Assembly: GCA_051251915.1 (NCBI GenBank)
Contig: JBPOGF010000013.1
Span: forward strand, 32,001 to 96,000
Length of the DNA stretch: 64,000 nt
From: Akkermansiaceae bacterium
GTDB taxonomy: Bacteria; Verrucomicrobiota; Verrucomicrobiia; Verrucomicrobiales; Akkermansiaceae
Direction of reading: 5' to 3'
Shown: in pieces, positions 20,907-31,409 of the stretch
How positions within the stretch are numbered: position 1 is the stretch's first letter
Layout: every line of letters starts with the position of its first letter
Position numbers and translations under genes: made by a program
Notes under the pieces: model-generated
The model's input: the letters and a program-made list of their open reading frames with translations, nothing else
What the model was told of the DNA's origin: nothing
Databases searched by the model: none

Positions 20907-21077
20907 TTTCTTTAAAATTAGTTAACTCCTTGGGGGAACTGGCATCGTATAGCAGAAAAAACAACCTAAGCAACGTCAATTCGACACAAAAAGTGCTAAT
21001 TCATAGATAATTGCCTTGATTAACCAACTTTCTCCCCCCATAAGCCCGCTCTATTTTCACTACACATTACAAGCTAC

Positions 21078-21953
21078 ATGGCTAACACACTCAAAATAGC
21101 ATTACCAAAAGGCTCACTCCAGGACCCGACCATCGCACTCCTAGAAAAAGCGGGCTACAACGTCTACCTCTCTGACCGCGGACTCCGCCCATCATCAGAT
21201 GACTCAGAGCTAGACATCTACCTCATCCGTGCCCAAGAAATCGCCCGTTACATCGATTCTGGATTCCTAGACTGCGGAATCACAGGGCTCGACTGGGCAT
21301 ACGAAAACCGTGCAGATCTCGTAGATCTAGCTGAGCTTCCATACTCACGCGCCACCACACGCCCTACCAAATGGGTTCTCGTAGTCCCTGAAGACTCACC
21401 GATCCAAAGCGTGCACGACCTCGAAGGCAAACGCATCGCGACCGAAGGCATGGGAATCACCGAACGCTATCTAGAAGAAAAAGGAGTCAAAGCAGAAGTA
21501 GAATTCTCATGGGGAGCCACAGAAGTAAAAGTCCCTGACCTCGTAGACGCCATCGTAGACGTCACAGAAACAGGCAGCTCCATCCGTGCCAACAAGCTCC
21601 GCATCGTTGACACCCTACTCACATCATTCCCACACTTCTACTCCAGCAAAGAAGCTCAGAAAGACGAATTCAAGAAAAACAAGATGGACAACATCGTCCT
21701 AATGCTCAAAGCAGCACTTGAAGCACGCGATAAAGTAGGCTTAAAAATGAACTTACCCGAAAATTCCTTGCAAAATGTTTTAAAAGCCTTACCATCTCTC
21801 CGCCGACCAACTATCTCTCAGCTCGCTGAAGAAGGCTGGATAGCAGTTGAGACAGTGATTGAGGAATCCATCGCACGCCAAATCATCCCTACACTAAAGG
21901 AACTTGGCGCAGAAGGAATCATCGAGTATCCGCTCAATAAACTCGTTCACTAA
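21078..21953 (+). CDS. hisG: ATP phosphoribosyltransferase (long form)
   Basis: IALPKGSL, D.GITG.D, GATE, DVTETGSS..AN.L, plus C-terminal regulatory domain. Confidence 0.96.
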   Translation: MANTLKIALPKGSLQDPTIALLEKAGYNVYLSDRGLRPSSDDSELDIYLIRAQEIARYIDSGFLDCGITGLDWAYENRADLVDLAELPYSRATTRPTKWVLVVPEDSPIQSVHDLEGKRIATEGMGITERYLEEKGVKAEVEFSWGATEVKVPDLVDAIVDVTETGSSIRANKLRIVDTLLTSFPHFYSSKEAQKDEFKKNKMDNIVLMLKAALEARDKVGLKMNLPENSLQNVLKALPSLRRPTISQLAEEGWIAVETVIEESIARQIIPTLKELGAEGIIEYPLNKLVH

Positions 21954-21989
21954 CATCGAACAATCTAACCAAAACAAGAAATTACCACA

Positions 21990-22094
21990 ATGGGAAACTT
22001 AAAGAAAAAGCGTAAGACTAAGATCAATAAGCACAAGCGCAAGAAACGCCAAAAGGCGAATCGCCATAAAAAGCGCCTTCGTTATAAGTCATAA
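21990..22094 (+). CDS. Small basic protein, bS22/AURKAIP1-COX24 (mS38)-like ribosomal protein
   Basis: Manually translated MGNLKKKRKTKINKHKRKKRQKANRHKKRLRYKS*, 34 aa, followed by an intrinsic terminator. Below the ORF-track cutoff. Confidence 0.85.
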   Translation: MGNLKKKRKTKINKHKRKKRQKANRHKKRLRYKS

Positions 22095-22125
22095 TTAATT
22101 GACCCAATAACATCAAACAAACTTT

Positions 22126-22158
22126 AAGGGACACGGATTCACTCCGTGTCCCTTTTTT
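22126..22158 (+). terminator. Intrinsic terminator
   Basis: AAGGGACACGGA-TTCAC-TCCGTGTCCCTT-TTTT. Confidence 0.9.
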
Positions 22159-22295
22159 CTGTCAACCAAACACCCATTTCACTCAGTTTCATCATGCCCG
22201 ACCATCATGCTGGACTAATGACCAATGACCAATAAACCTCTGACGTGCCAAAGGCACCTAAACCTCTAAACGACCCTAATCATAATATCCACCCC

Positions 22296-23072
22296 ATGCA
22301 AGACGCCCACCTCCACCTACAAGACCCAAGATTCCAAGACATAAATACCATCATCGCCGAAATGAGAACCACGGGAATAACCCGCTGCGTCGTCAACGGA
22401 ACCTCCCCAGAAGACTGGCCACGCGTCCAGGCACTCGCCACAGCACACCCAGACCTCATCATCCCATCCTACGGCCTCCACCCCTGGAAAACCCCATGCC
22501 ACTCAGACTGGAAACCACTCCTAAAAACTTACCTCCAAGACTCACCAACCCCATGCATCGGAGAATGCGGCCTAGACCGCTGGATACCAGACTTCGACAC
22601 CCATGCCCAGCAAGAAGCCTTCACTCACCAGCTAAACCTAGCCTGCGAGCTAAACGCCCCCATCTCCATCCACATCCTCAAAGCCTGGGGATGGTTCCTC
22701 GATACACTAAGAAACAAATCATTCCCCAAACGCGGATTCCTCCTCCACTCATACAACGGCTCCGCAGAACTCATCCCTGAACTCGTCAAAGCCGGCGCCT
22801 ACTTCTCCTTCTCCGGCTACTACCTAAACCCCAGAAAACACAAACAACTACAAATATTCTCACACATACCACTCCACCGCCTACTCCTAGAAACAGACGC
22901 CCCAGACATGCTCCCACCACAGCAAATCATCAACCACCCACTCAACACCATCAACCACCCCGCAAACCTCCCATCCATCCAGACCGCACTTGCCACCAAA
23001 CTCAACCTCCCCCCCGAAGACCTAGCCACCCAAACCTCCCAAAATTTCTCACGCTTTTTCCTTAGCAAATAA
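22296..23072 (+). CDS. tatD: TatD family hydrolase
   Basis: DAHLH, GLHPW, IGECGLD, HSY and LLETDAPD. Start placed at MQDAHLH. Confidence 0.9.
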   Translation: MQDAHLHLQDPRFQDINTIIAEMRTTGITRCVVNGTSPEDWPRVQALATAHPDLIIPSYGLHPWKTPCHSDWKPLLKTYLQDSPTPCIGECGLDRWIPDFDTHAQQEAFTHQLNLACELNAPISIHILKAWGWFLDTLRNKSFPKRGFLLHSYNGSAELIPELVKAGAYFSFSGYYLNPRKHKQLQIFSHIPLHRLLLETDAPDMLPPQQIINHPLNTINHPANLPSIQTALATKLNLPPEDLATQTSQNFSRFFLSK

Positions 23073-23088
23073 CCCCACCTCAGATAGA

Positions 23089-24024
23089 ATGCCCACCGTG
23101 CAACCAGACTCATCCAGCCTACGCCCCATCTACATCTGCGGCTCCACAGCCACCGGAAAAACCGGCATCTCCATCGCCCTAGCAAACCACATCAACGGAG
23201 AAATCGTCAACGCAGACGCCTACCAAGTCTACCGCGGACTCGACACCATCACCGCCGCACCATCACCAGACGAACTCACCCAAGCCCCACACCACCTCTT
23301 CGGCACCCTAGACCCCACAGAAGACTTCGACGCCCAGCGCTACCTCGACCTAGCCACCCCCATCATCTCCGACATCCAATCCCGAGGCAAAACCCCCATC
23401 ATCGTCGGCGGCTCCGGCATGTACCTCAAGTTCCTCACCCACGGCCCATCCCCACTCCCACCAGGAAATGACCAACTCAGAGCCGAACTAGACGCCCTAC
23501 CAGAACAAGACCTCATCACCCAACTCCAAACCCTAGACCCCACCGGCGCAGCCCAGACCAACCTCAAAAACCGCCGCTACGTCACCCGCGCCCTAGAAAT
23601 TTGCCTCCTCACCAGACAACCCATGTCAAAACTCAAAACAGACTGGGAAAAAAGCACCACAGAAACAGAAAAACACCTCCGAGGCATCCTCCTAGACTGG
23701 GACCGCGAAGAACTCCGCCAACGCATCGCCACCCGTACCCAACTCATGATAGAATCCGGCGCCATCCAAGAAGTAGCCGCCCACCCTCACCTCTCCAAAA
23801 CCTGCGAAAAAGCCATCGGCATCCGCGACATCCAATCCCACCTCCGAGGAGAAATCTCCCTAGAACGCTGCCAAGAACTCATCTTCTTCGCCACCTGCCA
23901 ATACGCCAAACGCCAACGCACCTGGTTCAACCGAGAACCCTGGATCACCAAAATCCCCATGCACAAAAACTTACCCCCAGCTCAAATCCTAAAACACCAT
24001 CTCCACTCTTTATCGCTAAAATAG
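23089..24024 (+). CDS. miaA: tRNA dimethylallyltransferase
   Basis: GSTATGKT, NADAYQVY, VGGSGMY, RALEI, YAKRQRTWF. Confidence 0.95.
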   Translation: MPTVQPDSSSLRPIYICGSTATGKTGISIALANHINGEIVNADAYQVYRGLDTITAAPSPDELTQAPHHLFGTLDPTEDFDAQRYLDLATPIISDIQSRGKTPIIVGGSGMYLKFLTHGPSPLPPGNDQLRAELDALPEQDLITQLQTLDPTGAAQTNLKNRRYVTRALEICLLTRQPMSKLKTDWEKSTTETEKHLRGILLDWDREELRQRIATRTQLMIESGAIQEVAAHPHLSKTCEKAIGIRDIQSHLRGEISLERCQELIFFATCQYAKRQRTWFNREPWITKIPMHKNLPPAQILKHHLHSLSLK

Positions 24025-24405
24025 CGCCATAGGCAGACTCGCCAAAAAGCAGCATAACAAGAAAAGCAAACCATACACCAAAAACCTCCGCCTCTCCCTA
24101 GACATGGTCTTCAGCCCCTTCAGCCCCTCCTGTCGAAACGCCAAATACCCAAGGCTCAGCCCACAGGTAAAATGAACCATCCGAACAAAATCATATAGAG
24201 GTGAAAACCCTTTCATCAATGGTAACGGAAACAACGCAAACACAAACGCACAAGCCATCAAAAAGTAAAACCGTTCCTCGTCAGAATAAAACCGGCGCGT
24301 CAGCCCCACAGCCAACCAAATTACAAACATTATACCCACAGGAATAAGACTCTCTTTAAGAAACATCTCCGTCAACCTCCCCCGAAACTCCTCCTCATAA
24401 TTCAT
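24016..24405 (-). CDS. Hypothetical membrane protein
   Basis: Four hydrophobic segments; G/T-ending codons like neighbouring minus-strand genes. Confidence 0.55.
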   Translation of the reverse strand: MNYEEEFRGRLTEMFLKESLIPVGIMFVIWLAVGLTRRFYSDEERFYFLMACAFVFALFPLPLMKGFSPLYDFVRMVHFTCGLSLGYLAFRQEGLKGLKTMSRERRRFLVYGLLFLLCCFLASLPMALF

Positions 24406-24488
24406 CCATACACACTACCTCCTAGCCTCTGAACAAACCACCAAAAAAACTAACCTCTACACCTCAGCCATCCCCAAGCTTCACAACA

Positions 24489-24845
24489 TCACTTCACAAA
24501 CAAAAACAAAATAACCCACTGCACAACAATCAACATAATGGCTCCCCCCATCAACAAATACATCAAACAAATCCTAACCCTCTGAAATTTCCACTCCGGT
24601 CGAGTCCTAAAGCACCGCAGACCAAACCCAAAGGAACAAGCCGACACAGATCCCACAAAAAGCATAGTCAGCAAATAAATCCCCACACCATAAAAATCAT
24701 GATTCTCCAGATCTGACCTTAAACACTCAAAACGCTGCAACACAGCAACCAATAAAAAGAAAAATCCAAAAAATAACGTCAAATCAAACCCCACCCTCTC
24801 AGAAGCCCACTTCTTGCCACAACGACAAATAAATGCGCAAACCAC
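24489..24845 (-). CDS. Hypothetical membrane protein (start uncertain)
   Basis: Hydrophobic segments. The frame stays open about 39 codons upstream without an ATG, so the start is non-canonical or decayed. Confidence 0.45.
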   Translation of the reverse strand: MVCAFICRCGKKWASERVGFDLTLFFGFFFLLVAVLQRFECLRSDLENHDFYGVGIYLLTMLFVGSVSACSFGFGLRCFRTRPEWKFQRVRICLMYLLMGGAIMLIVVQWVILFLFVK

Positions 24846-24967
24846 AAATAGAAATACTGGCCAAACAGCTACCGCAAAGATCCGGAAAACCCTATCCTCA
24901 ATATGGCACAGTATCTCTAAATTCAGATGATTAACTAACTCTAAGTGTATAATTTGAATAAGTCACC

Positions 24968-27037
24968 CTACTCAGGCAACCCAAGACTATCAAGAAAGAA
25001 ACCAGCCCGCTTCCACCTTCCATAAGAACTCTCCGCACACCCATGCCCCTTCCCTGGCATCACCAACAACTCAAAATCCTTACCCGCCTTCAGCAACGCA
25101 TCAGCTAACTGCATCGTAGACGCCGGATCCACATTCGTATCCATCTCACCCACATTCAAGAATAACTTACCGCTAAGTTTCGCCGCATGAGTCGCATTGG
25201 ACTGCTCAGCATAATGCGGCCCCACCGGCCAGTCCATCCACTGCTCATTCCACCAAATCTTATCCATTCGGTTATCATGACACCCACAGTCAGAAAATGC
25301 CGCCTTGTAGAAATCACCGTGAAGCAAAACCGCCCCCGTAGAACTCTGCCCACCAGCAGAACCCCCAAAAATCCCCACCCGCGCCACATCCATCTGCGGA
25401 TACTTCTCCGCCGCCTCCTTTATCCACTTAATCCGATCCGGCAACCCCGCATCAACCAAGTTCTTATAACAAAAATGGCTAAACTCCCTACAACGCTGAT
25501 GCGTCCCCTTACCATCTATCTTCACCACAATAAACCCACGCATCGTCAACTCATGAATCCCCGCCATCCACACCCGTAACTCCTTCGGCACATGCTGACC
25601 ATGCGGCCCCGCATAAATACTCTCTATCACCGGATAACTCTTACCCGGATCAAAACCCTTCGGCCAATAAATAGTCCCCCAAATCTCAAACCTCCCATCC
25701 CTATCCTTACTCACAAACGCCTCCGGCTTCTGCCACCCCTTCGCCTCCAACCCAGACAAATCACAAGACCCAACATCAGCCAAAACCTTACCCGTAACAC
25801 CATCTATCATCTGATACCCCGCCGCCCTATCCACTCCCTTAAGTGTATCCACAGCATACGCATAGTCCTCAGAAAACTCCAACCCATGATTCCATTTCCC
25901 ATCCGTAATCCTCCTTAAACCAGACCCATCAAAATTCACCCAATACCACTGCTTATAATAAGGATCCACACCCTCCACCTCACCACCCGCAGTAAATAAA
26001 ATCCTACGCTTATCCTCATCCACATACTCCACATCATGCACAGTCATTTCCCCCTTCGTGATCTGGTTCTTCACCTCACCAGTCACCCCATCATATAAAT
26101 ACAAATGATTCCACCCATCTCGCTCAGAACTCCAAATGATTTCCTTACCCCCAGCCACATCATGCCGATACGTATGAAACGCATAAACATACGTATCACT
26201 ATCCTCACGAATCAAAACCCGATGACTCCTCTCCTCCACATCAGCCAAAATCACATGCTGCTTCCCAAACCCACGCTCAATAAATTCATACGTAAAAAAC
26301 CGCCCATCTCGCCACTCATAATCCCCCACCTCATACGGATTCACCAACAACGACTCATCCGCCACAAAAGCCTCACCCCCATCCACATAAAAAACCACCG
26401 GCTCCGCCACATCGATCACATCCCCTGGCTTGTCATACCTAAATTCATGCAACTTAGGCTGTAATCCATCCTCCGGCGCAGACTCCACTATCGTCACCAT
26501 TCTCTCCTGACCCCGCGTCACCCGACTAATCACAAATTTCATCGAGTCCGGCGCCCACAACACCTTACCAAACTTCATCTTCTCAGCATCCACCTCCATC
26601 AACAACTTCTTCCCCCTACCCTTACCCCTACCAGTCTCCTCCAAAAATAACTTCCCCTCATCAACACCAACACGCCATTTCCCATCAGGCGATCGCTCAC
26701 CACCTCTACCCTTCTTCTTACCCTTACCCCCAGACTTGGATTTAGACTCAGCCTTATTCAACTTCGCAAACTCCTTAGCCGAAACACGAACCTTCTCACC
26801 CTCCGGCGTCATCGAAAAATACTCTTTCTCACCCTCTTCATCCTCCCAACCAAATACAAACCGTCCCCCAGACCATCCCCCCACCAACTTATCATTCCTC
26901 AACACATCCTTATACTTATGATACTCAGCCAACGAATTCTCCCTATACTCTTCAAGCCCCTCCTCCCCACGCACCCCCAGCGACAAACACGCACAAACAA
27001 CAGCAACACTCACACCCCTAACAATTCTAAATAACAT
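24968..27037 (-). CDS. S9B dipeptidyl-peptidase IV-like serine peptidase, secreted
   Basis: Signal peptide, DPP-IV N-terminal propeller (SERDGWNHLY), IYAGPH, GGSAGG nucleophile, DTNV and GH triad. Confidence 0.92.
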   Translation of the reverse strand: MLFRIVRGVSVAVVCACLSLGVRGEEGLEEYRENSLAEYHKYKDVLRNDKLVGGWSGGRFVFGWEDEEGEKEYFSMTPEGEKVRVSAKEFAKLNKAESKSKSGGKGKKKGRGGERSPDGKWRVGVDEGKLFLEETGRGKGRGKKLLMEVDAEKMKFGKVLWAPDSMKFVISRVTRGQERMVTIVESAPEDGLQPKLHEFRYDKPGDVIDVAEPVVFYVDGGEAFVADESLLVNPYEVGDYEWRDGRFFTYEFIERGFGKQHVILADVEERSHRVLIREDSDTYVYAFHTYRHDVAGGKEIIWSSERDGWNHLYLYDGVTGEVKNQITKGEMTVHDVEYVDEDKRRILFTAGGEVEGVDPYYKQWYWVNFDGSGLRRITDGKWNHGLEFSEDYAYAVDTLKGVDRAAGYQMIDGVTGKVLADVGSCDLSGLEAKGWQKPEAFVSKDRDGRFEIWGTIYWPKGFDPGKSYPVIESIYAGPHGQHVPKELRVWMAGIHELTMRGFIVVKIDGKGTHQRCREFSHFCYKNLVDAGLPDRIKWIKEAAEKYPQMDVARVGIFGGSAGGQSSTGAVLLHGDFYKAAFSDCGCHDNRMDKIWWNEQWMDWPVGPHYAEQSNATHAAKLSGKLFLNVGEMDTNVDPASTMQLADALLKAGKDFELLVMPGKGHGCAESSYGRWKRAGFFLDSLGLPE

Positions 27038-27151
27038 TCTCTAAGAACGCTAAACCACCCCCACTTCTTTCCAACAAAAATCAAATAAATTCAAGCAGCC
27101 TCCAGCATAATTTTCCTAGCATCACCCGATAATTCTCCTACCCTCCCTCAC

Positions 27152-28753
27152 ATGGAGCAGAGCTCACACCAGCACAATGACAAACCGCCAACCATCCGCA
27201 CCCAGCAACTACTGCTCGGTCTAGGTTTACTCATCGGCTTCCTCTGGCCCCTCTACCGCCTGCTAAACTCCACAGGCTGGATCCTAGACGACGAACTCGC
27301 ACACTTCATGCTCTCAAAAGCCGCCATCAACTGGCCAGAAGTCCTCTTAGACGAATGGGCCAGACCCGGGCGAAACATCATCCACAGCCTCATCGCCCCA
27401 ATCGGCCTCACAGCCACACGCATCTACACCCTCGTCCTCTCCACCCTCGCCGTCTTCATCTGCTACCGCGTCGCCATCCTCCTCAAAATCCGCCACGCCT
27501 GGAGCATCCCCATCCTACTCTGTTTCCAGCCATGGTACCCAGAACTCAGCTACCCTGTCCTCACCCAGGCCCCCTTCATGCTCGTCTGGATCCTCGCCAT
27601 CTACCTAGCTCTCACCGGCAGACTCCACCGCGCCGCATTCGCATTCGGCTACCTCTCCCTCATCCGACACGAAGGCCTATTCATCTCAGCCCTCTGGGGA
27701 CTCTGGATAATCTGCCAACCAAATGGAATCCTCCACGAACTACGACACAAAAAGCCCATCCCCAAACTCAAACAATCTCTCAAATACAGCCTTCTCCTAG
27801 GCCTCTCCACCATCCTCCCCATCCTCACCCTCAACCTCTGCGCCTACTTCACTCAGGGCCACGTCCCATTCGCCGTCTACTTCGATAGCCACCCCACAGA
27901 CATCTACGGCAACGGATCACTCTTCCACTACCTCCCCATGCTAAAAGACAACGTAGGCACCCTCATCATCCTAGTCTCCATCATCGCCCCCTACCTCATT
28001 CTCAAAAACAAACTCAAAAACTGGAGCCTCATCCTCCTCACCTACCCAGCCTACTTCATCCTCCACTCCATCATCTTCTGGAAAGGCTCATTCGCATCCG
28101 GCGGCTACTACCACTTCCTCATGCCCATGGCCCCCCTCTTCGCCCTCCTCGCAGCCTTTTCCCTAAGCTATATCACCGACAACTCACGCTACCCAAAATA
28201 CACAAAATACTACACCACCTTCTTCCTGCTCCTCATCATCTACAACGGCCTTCACATGGCCAACTACCAAAACATCCACCAAGACTGGAAAAACATCATG
28301 GCAGGCAAAGCCCACAAAAAAGAATCCCTCCTAGCCCCCACCGACAAAGCCTCCCCACACGCCAAACAACTCCAAACCGCCATCCAATACTCACAATCAA
28401 TACAATCTCAAAACCCCAAACACACCTCTAATCAAAACCCCATCACCCACTGCGCCGACGTCTACTTCTACTATCTAACAGACCAGCCCGACACCCACAC
28501 CTTCCGCACCGAAAGACTAGCCCCACTCTCCACCTTCCCCATCGGCTCCCGCTACATCTGGGAATCAAAATACGCCAACCTAGAACCCCGCACCAACCTA
28601 ACAGCATTCCAAAACAACCCAAACTGGCACCCCCTAAAAACCTGGACCAACACAGAAAACCACCCCACCATAATCCTCTTCCAAAAAACAACCAACAAGC
28701 CCCACAACGCAGACCTACCTCCACAACCAAAAGGAAAAAACCTCAGCTACTAA
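27152..28753 (+). CDS. GT-C-type membrane glycosyltransferase (PMT/ArnT-like)
   Basis: About 11 TM segments, acidic DDE motif after the first TM, RHEG, and a C-terminal soluble domain. Confidence 0.6.
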   Translation: MEQSSHQHNDKPPTIRTQQLLLGLGLLIGFLWPLYRLLNSTGWILDDELAHFMLSKAAINWPEVLLDEWARPGRNIIHSLIAPIGLTATRIYTLVLSTLAVFICYRVAILLKIRHAWSIPILLCFQPWYPELSYPVLTQAPFMLVWILAIYLALTGRLHRAAFAFGYLSLIRHEGLFISALWGLWIICQPNGILHELRHKKPIPKLKQSLKYSLLLGLSTILPILTLNLCAYFTQGHVPFAVYFDSHPTDIYGNGSLFHYLPMLKDNVGTLIILVSIIAPYLILKNKLKNWSLILLTYPAYFILHSIIFWKGSFASGGYYHFLMPMAPLFALLAAFSLSYITDNSRYPKYTKYYTTFFLLLIIYNGLHMANYQNIHQDWKNIMAGKAHKKESLLAPTDKASPHAKQLQTAIQYSQSIQSQNPKHTSNQNPITHCADVYFYYLTDQPDTHTFRTERLAPLSTFPIGSRYIWESKYANLEPRTNLTAFQNNPNWHPLKTWTNTENHPTIILFQKTTNKPHNADLPPQPKGKNLSY

Positions 28754-28897
28754 CCCCAACACCCACTCCAATCTTAAGTTCCATCAACTAAGCTCCATCG
28801 TCCACCACCAATGACTATTGACTATTCAACCGATAACAGATCGCAGATCCCAAACACTTAAAACAACAAAAATTGCAATGACTCAACAACTCAAGCC

Positions 28898-31144
28898 TCA
28901 CTCCTTATTAACCGCCATCACAATTTTAATCACCCCATAACTCAACTTCTCCCCAGACGCCTCATAAATCGGCTTCAAAGCCGCCGCCCCATGCTCCTCT
29001 ATCAACTCCAAACAAAGTTTCTCCTCCGCCTCCGTCACATAGTCCCGCAACTCCAGCGCCTCCCCCTCCTCAAACAACCGCGCCACATGCCCCTCCACAG
29101 TAGATAAACCGACCCCCCGTTTATCCGATATCTCCTGCGCACTCATCCCCTCATGCAGCATCCCTAAAGTCGTCTTATAAGTCTCACTCAACCCCCGCTT
29201 AAGCTTCCCCCCACCAGAATTAGTACTAGCTTTCGCCACAGTCTTCAGCCCCTCTATCTCCACCTTCTCAGCCCTTACATCCGGATTCTCCCCTAAATAA
29301 TGCTCCACCCCAGCCCTAAACACCTCACCATACTTCTCCAGCTTCGCCGCACCCACCCCATGCAATCTCCCCATTACCTCCAAAGACTCCGGCATCACCG
29401 CAGCCATCTGCCGCAATGTCTTATCCGCAAAAACCACATACGGAGGCACCTCCGCCTTATCCGCCTCCACCTTCCTCAGTGACCTTAAATAATCAAACAA
29501 CCCCTCATGACAAACCTGCTCCTCATCACTCCCATAGCTGCCTGATCCACCAGACCTCCCGCCCATCTTCTCCGGCTCCACCCGCTGATCCACCTGCATC
29601 GAAAACTTACCCCCATTCTGCCCCTTCCCCATCATCAGATCCCACCCCGACTGAGTCATCCCCGGCACCGGAAACTGAGCCTTAGAAAGCACCAAATACT
29701 CCCCAGTCAACAACGCATCAATCACACTCCGCCAATATCCCTTCGGCTTATCCTTCCCCGCCCCATAAGTCTTCAACTCATCATGCCCAAACTGCTTAAT
29801 CTTCGCCGTCTTCGCCCCCACCACAATATCACACACCTGCACCGCACCAAACTTCCCATTCGTACGCGCCACCGCAGACAACACAATCTGCGCATCCCGC
29901 GTAGCATCCACCGCCGTAAATTCCCCCGAGCAGAAATCACACCCACCACAATTCCCCTCAACATAGCGCTCATTAAAATACCCCAACAACGCCCTCCGCC
30001 TACACTGCGGCACCGCCGCAAACCGATCCATCGCCCGCAACAACCCACGAGTTCGCTCCCGCTCCACCTCGTCCCCAATATCCTCAATAAACCGCGTCAA
30101 TTTCACCACATCACCAGAACCATGTAACAACAAACAACTACTCTTCTCCCCATCTCTCCCAGCCCTACCAGTCTCCTGATAATACCCCTCCAAATTCTTA
30201 GGCAGATCCACATGCACCACAAACCTCACATCCGCCTTATCGATCCCCATCCCAAACGCCACCGTCGCCACAATCACATCACAATCATCCCTTATAAATC
30301 CCTCCTGAGCCTTCGCCCGCACATCCGCATCCATTCCCGCATGATACCCACGCGCATTCACCCCATTCCTCTTCAGCAGATCCACTGTCTGCTCCACACT
30401 CTTCCGCGTCGTCCTATAAACCACCCCACTCTGCCCCTTCCGCTCACTCACATAATCCACCAACTGCCGCTCCCAGTCCTTCTTCGTCCGCACCTCATAA
30501 AATAAATTCTTCCTGTCAAAAGAAGCCCGCACCTTCACCGCACCCTCCAGCTCCAATCGCTTCTCAATATCCGCCGCCACCTTCTCCGTCGCCGTCGCCG
30601 TATATGCCACCACAGGAACCCCTGGAAAAATCAACTTCAACCGACTCAAAAACATATAATCCGGCCTAAAATCATGCCCCCACTCAGAAATACAATGCGC
30701 CTCATCAATCGCAAAAAAGCTCGGTCTACCCTCAGCACAACTCCTTAACAACTCCACAAATCCACCATTCACCCCACCAGCCCCAAACCTTTCCGGCGCC
30801 ACATACAATAAATCCAACTTCCCATTCCTATAAGCCTCCTCAACCTCACGCATCTCCATCGGGTCCAAAGTACTATTCAAAAACGCCGCCCGTATCCCAT
30901 TCCCCCGCGCCGCATCCACCTGATCCTTCATCAACGCTATCAATGGACTCACCACCACACAACAACCATCCAGCACCACCGCCGGCAACTGATAACACAA
31001 AGACTTACCCCCACCAGTAGGCATCACCCCAAACACATCCTTACCCTCCAGCACCCCCCTTACCAACTTCTCCTGGTTCGGCCTAAACTCAGAAAATCCA
31101 AACACATCCTTCAAAGTCTTCTCCACTGTCATTGTCGCACTCAT
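28898..31144 (-). CDS. recQ: ATP-dependent DNA helicase RecQ
   Basis: MPTGGGKSLCYQ, DEAHCISEWGHDFRP, QETGRAGRDG, Zn-binding cysteines, RQC, HRDC and C-terminal HTH. Confidence 0.97.
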   Translation of the reverse strand: MSATMTVEKTLKDVFGFSEFRPNQEKLVRGVLEGKDVFGVMPTGGGKSLCYQLPAVVLDGCCVVVSPLIALMKDQVDAARGNGIRAAFLNSTLDPMEMREVEEAYRNGKLDLLYVAPERFGAGGVNGGFVELLRSCAEGRPSFFAIDEAHCISEWGHDFRPDYMFLSRLKLIFPGVPVVAYTATATEKVAADIEKRLELEGAVKVRASFDRKNLFYEVRTKKDWERQLVDYVSERKGQSGVVYRTTRKSVEQTVDLLKRNGVNARGYHAGMDADVRAKAQEGFIRDDCDVIVATVAFGMGIDKADVRFVVHVDLPKNLEGYYQETGRAGRDGEKSSCLLLHGSGDVVKLTRFIEDIGDEVERERTRGLLRAMDRFAAVPQCRRRALLGYFNERYVEGNCGGCDFCSGEFTAVDATRDAQIVLSAVARTNGKFGAVQVCDIVVGAKTAKIKQFGHDELKTYGAGKDKPKGYWRSVIDALLTGEYLVLSKAQFPVPGMTQSGWDLMMGKGQNGGKFSMQVDQRVEPEKMGGRSGGSGSYGSDEEQVCHEGLFDYLRSLRKVEADKAEVPPYVVFADKTLRQMAAVMPESLEVMGRLHGVGAAKLEKYGEVFRAGVEHYLGENPDVRAEKVEIEGLKTVAKASTNSGGGKLKRGLSETYKTTLGMLHEGMSAQEISDKRGVGLSTVEGHVARLFEEGEALELRDYVTEAEEKLCLELIEEHGAAALKPIYEASGEKLSYGVIKIVMAVNKE

Positions 31145-31409
31145 ACTAAAAGTGTTAACATGAACACCATTTCAAATCAATAAAAAATTGTAAAATAAAT
31201 CCGCAAATTCTATCACATAAATCAACTTTAAACCCATATAAATAATCAACTAAACCTTCCTAATAATCTAAAAAACATCACCCAATACCGCTCCAGACCA
31301 ACACAAAACCCACCAACTTTTTAAAATTCGAACCATTGAAAAACAATACATCATCACTCGCAAAATTCTGTCTTTTCACTCCCATAAATTTGCTAAGAAT
31401 CACAGCCGT

